This document shows, one piece after another, positions 43,962 to 52,456 of a DNA stretch of 64,000 nt (the first letter of the stretch is position 1; the number at the start of each line of letters is the position of its first letter). Below the pieces are notes generated by a model. The model saw only the letters and a program-made list of their open reading frames with translations, did no database searches and was not told the origin of the DNA. The stretch is from contig JBJTQJ010000014.1 of assembly GCA_046075565.1 (NCBI GenBank), positions 32,031 through 96,030 of the forward strand. The letters run 5' to 3'. A program made the position numbers and the translations under genes. The DNA comes from Verrucomicrobiales bacterium (GTDB lineage Bacteria > Verrucomicrobiota > Verrucomicrobiia > Verrucomicrobiales > SLCJ01).

Positions 43962-44702
43962 ATGAATCTCCCCACAGAATTCCGCAACCGCACCGGTGAA
44001 CGCATCGACCATGTCTTTCATCCCGGAGTCGGCGAGGTGAAGGAAAACACGATTGTCATTATTGCCCACGGTCTGACGGGCAACCTTGATCGCCCGCAAC
44101 TCGCCGCGCTCGCGGATGGTCTTTCGGAACGGGGCTGGCCCTGCTTGCGCATCAGCTATCCGGGAAACGGGAATTCCGAAGGAAATTTCGGAGATTGCAC
44201 CATCACGAAAGAAGCCAACGATCTAACAGATCTGCTGGATCTCTTGCCCGCTAATTGCCGCATCGCCTACGCCGGTCACAGCATGGGCGGTGCCGTGGGA
44301 GCGATGGCCGCCGCCCGGGACGCTAGAATCCAGACACTGGTTTCGCTCGCGGGCATGGTTCACACCGCCGCATTCTACGAACGCGAATTCGGTTCCCTGG
44401 TTCCCGACCGGGATTGCCTGTGGGAAGAAGAGCAATTTCCTCTCTCCGCCGCTTTCGCCAATGATCTCCGCAGCATGGGCGATGTGCTGGCGTCCGCCAC
44501 CCGCGTGACCGTACCGTGGTTGTTCCTTCATGGAGCGGAGGATGATCTGGTGCCGGTGCAGGACAGCCGCGACGCTTATGCTGTTGCCCCGGGCCCGAAA
44601 AAAATCGTCGAGATTCCAGATGCCGGCCACTCATTCGATGAAAGCAGCTATGCGGTGCTGGTCCGGGAGATCGACGAATGGCTGCGCGCCCATCTGGGGT
44701 AA
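43962..44702 (+). CDS. alpha/beta hydrolase
   Basis: AHGLTG, GHSMGG, HGAEDDLV and GHSF triad. Confidence 0.9.
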   Translation: MNLPTEFRNRTGERIDHVFHPGVGEVKENTIVIIAHGLTGNLDRPQLAALADGLSERGWPCLRISYPGNGNSEGNFGDCTITKEANDLTDLLDLLPANCRIAYAGHSMGGAVGAMAAARDARIQTLVSLAGMVHTAAFYEREFGSLVPDRDCLWEEEQFPLSAAFANDLRSMGDVLASATRVTVPWLFLHGAEDDLVPVQDSRDAYAVAPGPKKIVEIPDAGHSFDESSYAVLVREIDEWLRAHLG

Positions 44703-44816
44703 ATCTACAAATGGACGTGAACACTTTGGCGATGCGCCAGGAAGCGTGCCCATCCCCAAAAGTATGGGATTCCGCTCAGGCTCCGCGATTCTTGATTCAA
44801 TCGAAAAATTTCCCGC

Positions 44817-44844
44817 TTGCAATATCGAGTCGTGAATTTACAAT
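44817..44844 (+). promoter_or_regulatory. sigma70-like promoter of the putative metal operon
   Basis: TTGCAA-16 nt-TACAAT upstream of 44878. Confidence 0.5.
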
Positions 44845-44877
44845 GAAAGGTCCTCGTGCCGCCAATTCTACGGCGAA

Positions 44878-45285
44878 TTGAAATCACTTCTAAAATCCCT
44901 CTTCACGGTGGCCGCCTGCTTGTATCTCGGCGGGTCCCACCTGGCCGTGCTTCAGGTGGTGGCGTGGACGGGCATGCTTGTGACCTACAGCAAAGAGGAC
45001 GGATTTTCGACCGGGTTGAAAGACACCTTCAGCGGGGCAAAGCCTTGCTGCATGTGCAAGGCGATACGCTCCGCGCAAAAAGCGGAGACCGATGAAACAA
45101 AAGGAGCCCCGGGTTCGGGCGCGAACTCCCTAGCCAAACTCGCCAAGGAGATGTTGGCCGGCAAAATCCCTTCCGGGATCGTGTTGATCCCAAGTCCGGC
45201 GAAAAAGCCGGAATTCCCAACCGGCGGAACAATGTGCGCACGCGGCGAACCACCGCCCGTGCCCCCTCCGCGGCATCTTGTTTGA
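44878..45285 (+). CDS. small membrane/exported CxxC protein with C-terminal polyproline (DUF2946/CutF-like leader candidate)
   Basis: hydrophobic N-terminus, KPCCMCKAI and C-terminal RGEPPPVPPPR; TTG start. Confidence 0.7.
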   Translation: MKSLLKSLFTVAACLYLGGSHLAVLQVVAWTGMLVTYSKEDGFSTGLKDTFSGAKPCCMCKAIRSAQKAETDETKGAPGSGANSLAKLAKEMLAGKIPSGIVLIPSPAKKPEFPTGGTMCARGEPPPVPPPRHLV

Positions 45286-45465
45286 TCCAAGATCCGCCTT
45301 GTCTCTTTGAAGGTCCACGGCCATCGGCCTTGTAGATCCGAGGACAGGCAATCTGAAATCCCTTTGGGGAGAGCAGTGCCCGCGTGTCGGCACCACAAGA
45401 ACTCCCCTTACGACTCTGGTCGCGCGAATCCGGTCCAACCGGCTGCGCGAGGACAACCGGCCAGA

Positions 45466-45499
45466 CCTCCTGTCGGGCACCCCCGTGTCCGGCAGGAGG
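45466..45499 (+). promoter_or_regulatory. 15-bp stem-loop containing AGGAGG
   Basis: CCTCCTGTCGGGCAC-CCCC-GTGTCCGGCAGGAGG, fully paired if two G-U pairs are allowed. Confidence 0.6.
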
Positions 45500-45520
45500 A
45501 CAGACCGCATCGACAATCCA

Positions 45521-46198
45521 ATGACGAACATTTTCCAAAGTATCACATCTGGCTTCGCCAAAGAGCGTTGCCGAGGGATGACCCTCGCCGAGCTGCTCTT
45601 CTCCATCACCCTCATCATGGTCCTTGCTCTTTTGATCGCCGGTGGCTCGGCCAAGCTCAATGAACGGAGCAAGGCCACCCGCTGCTGCGCCAATCTCCGG
45701 GCGCTCGCGATGGCCTCCATCCAGTATGCCAGCGAAAATTCACTTTCACTCCCCGCGTCATCGCACCAGCGTCGCTCTGGAATAAAGTCCTGGACAGTTT
45801 CACTCGGAGACTACCTGCAGGATCGCTCGGTTTTCCGATGTCCATGTGACGAAAATGAAGGGCGAGCGCACAGCTATGCATTGAACGACATGGTGACCGT
45901 GAACCCGCCCGGGGCGCCGAGCAGCAACTACTCACGTCTTCCCGCCATTCCGCAGCCAAGTCACACCATCCTTTTCGCAGAGATGACCCCTGGCTATGAA
46001 AACTCGGATCATTTCCATTTTTCCTACTTTCAAGCGGCCAGACGCCTTCCACCGGCTGTTTTCACGGCGGCGGTCGCGCATGAACGCCATTTCGGGGGCG
46101 CTTGTTATGCTTTCACAGACGGACATGCCGAATGGCTCACGGCCAATGAAGTGGATGCACGACTCACCAACCCCGACAGCGGTTTTGTCTTTCCCTGA
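45521..46198 (+). CDS. prepilin-type N-terminal cleavage / H-X9-DG domain protein
   Basis: RG|MTLAELL class III signal, CCANLRAL, FRCPCD and HFGGACYAFTDG (H-X9-DG). Confidence 0.85.
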   Translation: MTNIFQSITSGFAKERCRGMTLAELLFSITLIMVLALLIAGGSAKLNERSKATRCCANLRALAMASIQYASENSLSLPASSHQRRSGIKSWTVSLGDYLQDRSVFRCPCDENEGRAHSYALNDMVTVNPPGAPSSNYSRLPAIPQPSHTILFAEMTPGYENSDHFHFSYFQAARRLPPAVFTAAVAHERHFGGACYAFTDGHAEWLTANEVDARLTNPDSGFVFP

Positions 46199-46234
46199 AT
46201 ACCACACCACTCCTGTTCAACATCCGAAACTCTC

Positions 46235-47176
46235 ATGATATCCAATTCCATAACCTGCCTCCACGGACATCGCAAATCGTTAGCCGGAAACATTCTCGCC
46301 GTATTCCTGATGCTCTTCGCAAGTGCCGGGGCGCACGATCATTATGCGGCAGGCATTGACGATCTCAATGCGAATGGAAAACCCGACGCGGGCGAGCCCT
46401 TGAAACTCGTGGGCACCACCGGCGAGTCGAAAATCCGGCATCTTCTCGCCCGACCTGTCGGCCAGCGCTGCGGCGGCCATTACATGCTGGACGAATTCCC
46501 GCGCACCTTGCACCCGTTTGAAAGCTTTGCCCTGACCGCCTTGTCGGATGGACAATTCGGTGACAAGTCACCAAATCACGCGCATACCGGAACCTGGATT
46601 TGGGTTGAAATCATGGCAGTAAGCGGGCCTGAAGGAGGGATTTTTGGATTTTGGGAGGCCGGCCAGCAGGGACAAGGAAACTCTCCGACCCACGCGATGA
46701 TTGCCAACCAACCCACCGGCAATCCCGCTTTCGTCTTGAGCGAAGGAATCGATGATGAGGAAGAAGATCCATCCGGCCACATCCATGGCCGAGCCTGGAG
46801 CGCTAACAAACCAGGTGAGTATGCCCTCACATTTCGCCTGATTGACCGCTCAACCACCGGTCCGAATGACGGGCCATGGCATACCCCGAGCCGCTCCTAC
46901 ACCTATCAATTCAAAACCGGCCCAGCATTCCAACCGGTCATAACGCGCGCTCCCGGCGGGCACGTCGTCCTGATCTGGCCCGCCCGCATCGGAATATTCG
47001 AGAACTACGAAACAGGACTCCCATTCGGAATCAACAGGGCACTATCGCCTGCCGGACCTTGGACCAAGATCGGGGAAATCATCGCCGGAACCACCGATAC
47101 CGTCAGCTTTACCGATACATCTCCTCCACCCGGAGCCGCTTTTTACCGACTTGATTTCCAGTGGTCTCCGCCATGA
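46235..47176 (+). CDS. secreted His-motif protein, putative metal binding
   Basis: signal peptide ending AGA|HDHY; HAHTG and GHIHGRAWSANKPGEY; C-terminal FTDTSPPPGAAFYRL. Confidence 0.7.
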   Translation: MISNSITCLHGHRKSLAGNILAVFLMLFASAGAHDHYAAGIDDLNANGKPDAGEPLKLVGTTGESKIRHLLARPVGQRCGGHYMLDEFPRTLHPFESFALTALSDGQFGDKSPNHAHTGTWIWVEIMAVSGPEGGIFGFWEAGQQGQGNSPTHAMIANQPTGNPAFVLSEGIDDEEEDPSGHIHGRAWSANKPGEYALTFRLIDRSTTGPNDGPWHTPSRSYTYQFKTGPAFQPVITRAPGGHVVLIWPARIGIFENYETGLPFGINRALSPAGPWTKIGEIIAGTTDTVSFTDTSPPPGAAFYRLDFQWSPP

Positions 47177-47247
47177 AATCCGTTTGTAGATCCTCACGAC
47201 ATTTCCCTTCTATCTCAAATCAAAAAACAATGACAAACTGAACAAAC

Positions 47248-48090
47248 ATGAACCACACAAACCAAACGAACCCGTATAGTCTCCCCGGCCATTCGATAGC
47301 AGCACCCACCGCTTTGGCGATTCTTGGTCTGACAATCTCGACGGGAACAGCACTAGCCCACCTCACATATACGGGGAGAAATTTCGGCTCCATCATGCCA
47401 AATCCGGCGGGGGCCACTGCTTCTCTGACGGCCAATGTTTCGAGTAGCTTCGGCTGGGCCGACGCCACGGACCTGGATCTCGGAGACAGCCATCGCACCC
47501 GGGCCTTCCGGTTCACTTTGACCGGGCAGGGATACGTGCGCATCGGTGTCACGGCGACAAACTCGTCGGTTTTTTACCCCGCTTATTCCCTCTATTCAGG
47601 ATTAGCACAAGTGCCACCGGAAAATCCGGGCCACGACGGTTCGGCGGTGTCTCAAGCCTGGCTGGCCACTCTACCCGGCTCCCAGGAGGGAGTGTTCAAT
47701 GCCCTCGGAGATTGGGCGATTGGAAATGATCCGCTGCTCGATGCGCAGAGCAATGTCCTCATCCCTGCCTCGCTGCGGCATTTGGCTTACATCGCCCATT
47801 TCGCCGATGGAAGCGCCTCCAATTATGGCCCAGCAAGCGGTCTCAACGGCGATGGACTTGCCGATGGCTATGTGGAAGGCGGCTTGCTCCTGGGACCAGC
47901 AGATTACACCATTGTCGTTGGAGGCGGCGACTATGCCGCTCAACTGACACAGACCGGCCCTACCTATCCCAGTTTCCCGGTCCGCGTGGACCTTTTCGTC
48001 ATTCCCGAACCGGGAACCGGAGCGCTCGCCCTCGCGGGCATGTTCATAACCCTTCTTCGAAGACGGAAAATGGGTATTCTTGAATCCTGA
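47248..48090 (+). CDS. PEP-CTERM sorting domain surface protein
   Basis: signal peptide ALA|HLTY; C-terminal VIPEPGTGALALAGMFITLLRRRK. Confidence 0.9.
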   Translation: MNHTNQTNPYSLPGHSIAAPTALAILGLTISTGTALAHLTYTGRNFGSIMPNPAGATASLTANVSSSFGWADATDLDLGDSHRTRAFRFTLTGQGYVRIGVTATNSSVFYPAYSLYSGLAQVPPENPGHDGSAVSQAWLATLPGSQEGVFNALGDWAIGNDPLLDAQSNVLIPASLRHLAYIAHFADGSASNYGPASGLNGDGLADGYVEGGLLLGPADYTIVVGGGDYAAQLTQTGPTYPSFPVRVDLFVIPEPGTGALALAGMFITLLRRRKMGILES

Positions 48091-48132
48091 TGCCGACCCT
48101 CCGCTCGGTTTGGAACAAAAATTTCACTCCCT

Positions 48133-49380
48133 TTACGCAAAACGATCCGGATCCAGGAGCGACAGATCGATTCCCGTCCGTTCACCATCGACGATGGCTC
48201 CGGCCAATTGACCGGTGATGGGGGCGAGGCTCAGGCCCATCATGGCATGGCCGGTGGCGATGACGAGATTGCTCGCGGCTTTGGTGCGCCCCAGATACGG
48301 CATGCCATCGGGAGAACAGGGGCGGAGACCGCGCCATGGTTCGATGCCCTGGAAATGCGACTCCTCGAAAGCGGGATAGTATTGGCTGGCGGCGCGGATG
48401 ATGCCATGCACCCGGCGGCGGGTGATTGATTCGTCGCGCCCGGCGATTTCCATGGTTCCGCCGAAACGGAGTTGCCCGTTCATGGGTGTGACCGCAACGC
48501 GGGCTTCGGTGAAGATGGCGCACTTGCGGGGAAGTTGGACCGGCTCCTTCACGGTGAGGCTGTAGCCTTTGCCCGATTGCATCGGAAGCCGCAAGTCGAG
48601 CCCGTCAAGCATGGTGTCAGACCAAGAGCCGGCGGCCAGAATGAATTCATCACCTGCGACTTCGCCCCGGTTTGTCTTCAAGGCGGCGAGCTTCTTTCTC
48701 TCTTTTCGCCAGCCCAAGGCCTCGGCTTGCCAAACGAAGTCGCATCCCTCGTCGAGCAAAGCGCTCTCAAGCGCCGCGATGAATTTCTCCGGTGATAGAT
48801 GCGCATCCTTTGGATAGAGCACACCTCCAACCGCCGATGTGGTCACACCAGGTTCGGCTTCGGCCAAACCTTTGGCATCGAGCACCTCGGCGGGGATGCC
48901 GAGTTTCTTCGCTTTCGCCGCCGCGGCTGCTTCTTCCTCGAGTCCGTGTCCTGTGCGGCAGAGCATGATCAATCCGTCGGTCACGAGTCCGAGATCTTGG
49001 CCGCTTTCCTGCCAGTTGATGAAAAGTTGGCGGCTGGCGAGGCTCAAGTCGCGAATCAGGGGAGCGCACCGGTTCACATGCTCCCGCGTGGCAGCGCGCA
49101 TGAACTTCCAGCCCCAGTCGAGAAGTCCGGCATCAATGCGTGGTTTGATGAAAAACGGACTTTCGGGATTCCACATCCATTTTAATCCGAGGGCAACCAT
49201 CCCCGGCGCGGCCAACGGCACAAAGTGACTGGGCACAATCATTCCGGCATTGCCATAGGAACAGCCATCGCGTCTTTGTGGCTTTCGCTCGACTACCGTG
49301 ACTTCATGCCCGCGGCGGCGGCAGGCGAGCGCGCAGGATAAACCGATGACCCCTGCTCCGAGAATGACGACGCGCGACAT
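48133..49380 (-). CDS. D-amino acid dehydrogenase family (probable D-hydroxyproline dehydrogenase)
   Basis: GAGVIG, SYGNAG, GKGYS, GLRPCSPDG and GHAMMG; operon context. Confidence 0.85.
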   Translation of the reverse strand: MSRVVILGAGVIGLSCALACRRRGHEVTVVERKPQRRDGCSYGNAGMIVPSHFVPLAAPGMVALGLKWMWNPESPFFIKPRIDAGLLDWGWKFMRAATREHVNRCAPLIRDLSLASRQLFINWQESGQDLGLVTDGLIMLCRTGHGLEEEAAAAAKAKKLGIPAEVLDAKGLAEAEPGVTTSAVGGVLYPKDAHLSPEKFIAALESALLDEGCDFVWQAEALGWRKERKKLAALKTNRGEVAGDEFILAAGSWSDTMLDGLDLRLPMQSGKGYSLTVKEPVQLPRKCAIFTEARVAVTPMNGQLRFGGTMEIAGRDESITRRRVHGIIRAASQYYPAFEESHFQGIEPWRGLRPCSPDGMPYLGRTKAASNLVIATGHAMMGLSLAPITGQLAGAIVDGERTGIDLSLLDPDRFA

Positions 49381-49396
49381 AAGAATGATGAAATTG

Positions 49397-50338
49397 TTAG
49401 TCCAGGGCACCGGGCCGGATGCCGCAGCGGAGCGGGTCCTCCGCTTCCAGAATCAATATGGAATCGGCCGTGACGTGAGCGCGTCCGGTGACGACCGGGC
49501 GGATCGAACCGCTCTCGCGATCCTGCCAAGTGAAGCTCCCTTGGAATTTCGTGCCGAGAATGCTTTCCTGGATCCACGTTTCACCTTCTTCAAGGTCGCC
49601 ATCGGCGGCGAGGCAGGCGAGTTTTGCGCTTGTTCCGGTTCCACACGGGGAGCGGTCATAGGCTCCGCCGGGGCAAAGAACAAAGTTGCGGGCATCTCCT
49701 CCACTGGCCGGCGGTCCGAAGAACTCCACATGATCGACATCGGGGTAGCCGGCAGCACGCACGGCCTCCATGATGGCGATACTATCGCGGGTTAGATTCG
49801 TGGCTTGCGAGACATGCAGGACACGTTCGCCCGCCGGAACGAGGAAAAAGGTATTGCCGCCCCAGACGACATCACCGGAGACGCGGCCGAGGCCGGGAAC
49901 CTCCACCGTGACATCCTTGGCCAGACGTCGGCTGGACACGTTCCGCACGGAGATCGAAGCATCATCATGCAGCACTGCCTTGACAATGCCGACGGGTGTT
50001 TCGAAAGAGTGTTCACCAGGCCCGATTTTTCCCAACCAGTCGAGTGTGCGCACGACGCCGATGAGGCCATGGCCGCACATGCCGAGGTAACCCACGTTGT
50101 TAAAGAAGACCACCGCGTTGACACATTCCTCAACACGCGAGGGAGCCAGCCATGCACCAACGAGGACATCCGAGCCCCGAGGTTCGTTGACAATAGCGGA
50201 CCGCCAATGATCATGTTGGTCGCGCAGCTCGGCAAGCATCCCGGGGGCGGTATCCGCAATCAAGGCCGGGCCACCTTCAATAACGACCCGGGTCGGCTCA
50301 CCTGCGGTATGCGAATCAATGACCCTGATTTTTTCCAT
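49397..50338 (-). CDS. 4-hydroxyproline 2-epimerase (proline racemase family)
   Basis: DSHTAGEPTR, EPRGSDVLVG, GMCGHG, NFVLCPG and DRSPCGTGTSAK. Confidence 0.9.
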   Translation of the reverse strand: MEKIRVIDSHTAGEPTRVVIEGGPALIADTAPGMLAELRDQHDHWRSAIVNEPRGSDVLVGAWLAPSRVEECVNAVVFFNNVGYLGMCGHGLIGVVRTLDWLGKIGPGEHSFETPVGIVKAVLHDDASISVRNVSSRRLAKDVTVEVPGLGRVSGDVVWGGNTFFLVPAGERVLHVSQATNLTRDSIAIMEAVRAAGYPDVDHVEFFGPPASGGDARNFVLCPGGAYDRSPCGTGTSAKLACLAADGDLEEGETWIQESILGTKFQGSFTWQDRESGSIRPVVTGRAHVTADSILILEAEDPLRCGIRPGALD

Positions 50339-50341
50339 GGC

Positions 50342-51454
50342 TTAATCGAGAACGGGAGCGGAGCAGGTCATTCCGTGTGCTTCGGCCACGGGAGCGCAGG
50401 TCAATCGCCCGCCCTGGCAGTTGATACCTTCGATGAATTCGGGGCGCAAGCGGCAGGCTTCGGATAAACCATGGTCGGCGAGCAGGGAAAGGTAACGGAA
50501 GGTCACGTTGCCCAAGGCCTGGGTGGCGGTGCGGGCGTAAGCACCCGGCATGTTGGCCACGCAATAGTGCAGGACTCCTTCTTCCTCATAGACCGGATCG
50601 GCATGGGTGGTCGGGCGGGTGGTTTCGGCGCAGCCCCCCTGATCGACCGCGATGTCCACGAGCACACTGCCCTTGGGCATACACCGCAGCATCTCGCGGG
50701 TGATGAGCTTGGGAGCCTTCGCCCCAGGCACCAGAACCGCGCCGATGATGAGATCAACGCGTGACAGAAGATCCATGAGGTTGGCCTCGCTCGAGTAAAG
50801 CGTGTGCGCGGTCTGCATGGTGATGTCGAGGAAACGCATCCTCTCGAGGTCCACTTCCAGGATGGTCACATCGGCTCCGATGCCCGTGGCTACGCGGGCG
50901 GCATTGACTCCGGCGGTTCCTCCACCGAGCACGATGACCTTGCCCGGAAGCACGCCCGGCACGCCGCCCAGCAGGACACCGCGGCCATGGCAATGGCGCG
51001 CGAGATGGTAAGCTCCAACGACCACCGACATGGAGCCAGCGATCTCACTCATCGGCTCGAGCAAAGGCAATCGGCGGTTGACCTCGATGGTTTCGTAGGC
51101 GATGCCGGTGCAACGGGTGGCGACGAGCGCTTCGGTCAGCTTACGGTCCGCAGCCAAATGCAGGTAGGTGAACAAGATCTGTCGCTCGCGGAGACGTGCG
51201 ATCTCCACCGGCTGGGGTTCCTTCACTTTCACGATGATATCGGCCTTCGCAAAAACCTCGTCGGCGGTTTCCACCAGTTCGCAGCCGGCGGCAGAATATT
51301 CAGCCGTCGTAAATCCGGACCCATCACCGGCCCCGGTTTCGACAACGACACGATGGCCGTTGCGAATCAACTGATAGGCCGCGCTCGGTGTCAGAGCCAC
51401 GCGGTGCTCCTGAGGTTTGATCTCCTTGGGAACACCGATGATGGAGCTATGCAT
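50342..51454 (-). CDS. ald: alanine dehydrogenase
   Basis: [30 protein letters not shown] and YCVANMPGA. Confidence 0.95.
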   Translation of the reverse strand: MHSSIIGVPKEIKPQEHRVALTPSAAYQLIRNGHRVVVETGAGDGSGFTTAEYSAAGCELVETADEVFAKADIIVKVKEPQPVEIARLRERQILFTYLHLAADRKLTEALVATRCTGIAYETIEVNRRLPLLEPMSEIAGSMSVVVGAYHLARHCHGRGVLLGGVPGVLPGKVIVLGGGTAGVNAARVATGIGADVTILEVDLERMRFLDITMQTAHTLYSSEANLMDLLSRVDLIIGAVLVPGAKAPKLITREMLRCMPKGSVLVDIAVDQGGCAETTRPTTHADPVYEEEGVLHYCVANMPGAYARTATQALGNVTFRYLSLLADHGLSEACRLRPEFIEGINCQGGRLTCAPVAEAHGMTCSAPVLD

Positions 51455-51466
51455 GGGAAACCGCCT

Positions 51467-52414
51467 TTATTTGGATTTGCCTCCCAGATACGCTTTCGGC
51501 ACCACCGGCGCATTGGCAATCCCGTGATGGATGACCGCGAGCACATCCTTGCGCTCCTTGCCGGTAAGCACCTTGCGCGGTGCGCGAACCCATTCGGTGC
51601 CGAGTCCGCATTCCTGGACGCAAAGTTTGATGTATTGCACGAATTTGACCACCGTGTCGAGGTGGAGGAGCGGCGTGAACCAGCGATAGACAGCCAGCGC
51701 TTTTTCCCATTCGCCTTCCTGCATGAGGTCCCATAGGTATTGGTTCTGGGCCGGGAAAGCGATACCGGTTCCGGCCACCCATCCGTCGAGGCCGAGGATA
51801 CCGGATTCGAGCGCGAGGTCATCCACACCCGTGAAGATGGCGAAACGATCGCCGACGGTGTTGCGCAGATCTGTAATGCGGCGGGTATTACCCGAACTTT
51901 CCTTGAGAGCGATGATGTTTTTCTCTTTCGCCAGCTTCGCGAACATTTCCGGAGTCACGTCGTTCCCATAGCTGATCGGGTTGTTGTAAATCATGATCGG
52001 CAGCCCGGTGCAGCGGGTGACGGCGAGGAAGTGGGCGAGAGACTCGTCCGGGTCCGGAGTCTTGTAGCACATGGCCGGCATGACCATGAAACCATCGGCC
52101 CCGAGTTTCTCGCAATCGCGGGCGAATCGCACCGCCTCCATGGTGCTGGTCTCGGCAACTCCGGAGAGCACGGGCACACGTCCATTGACCGACTTGACCA
52201 TCTCGGCCATGACGAGGCGTTTTTCTTCCGCCGTGAGCATCTGGTTTTCGCCCAGCGAACCGAGGAAGACCAACCCTTTCACACCCGAGCGGATGAGCGC
52301 GTCGGCATGGGCGGCGGTGCCGGGAAGATCGATTTCACCGGACTTTTTGATTTGGGTGGTGATGGCGGGGAAAACTCCTTGCCACTTGTGGCGCGTGCGG
52401 GCGGATTTTTTCAT
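51467..52414 (-). CDS. DapA-like protein, probable 1-pyrroline-4-hydroxy-2-carboxylate deaminase
   Basis: WQGVFPAITT, LGSLGEN, YNNP, LKESS and GVDDL; operon context. Confidence 0.82.
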   Translation of the reverse strand: MKKSARTRHKWQGVFPAITTQIKKSGEIDLPGTAAHADALIRSGVKGLVFLGSLGENQMLTAEEKRLVMAEMVKSVNGRVPVLSGVAETSTMEAVRFARDCEKLGADGFMVMPAMCYKTPDPDESLAHFLAVTRCTGLPIMIYNNPISYGNDVTPEMFAKLAKEKNIIALKESSGNTRRITDLRNTVGDRFAIFTGVDDLALESGILGLDGWVAGTGIAFPAQNQYLWDLMQEGEWEKALAVYRWFTPLLHLDTVVKFVQYIKLCVQECGLGTEWVRAPRKVLTGKERKDVLAVIHHGIANAPVVPKAYLGGKSK

Positions 52415-52456
52415 GGGCAAGTCAACCACCATCCGGCACCGCTTTCTAGGTCGATT

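Noticed and set aside
45286-45520. Cobalamin riboswitch
   Set aside because: Only a weak GCCAGACCT resemblance to the B12 box; the other conserved elements were not recognisable.
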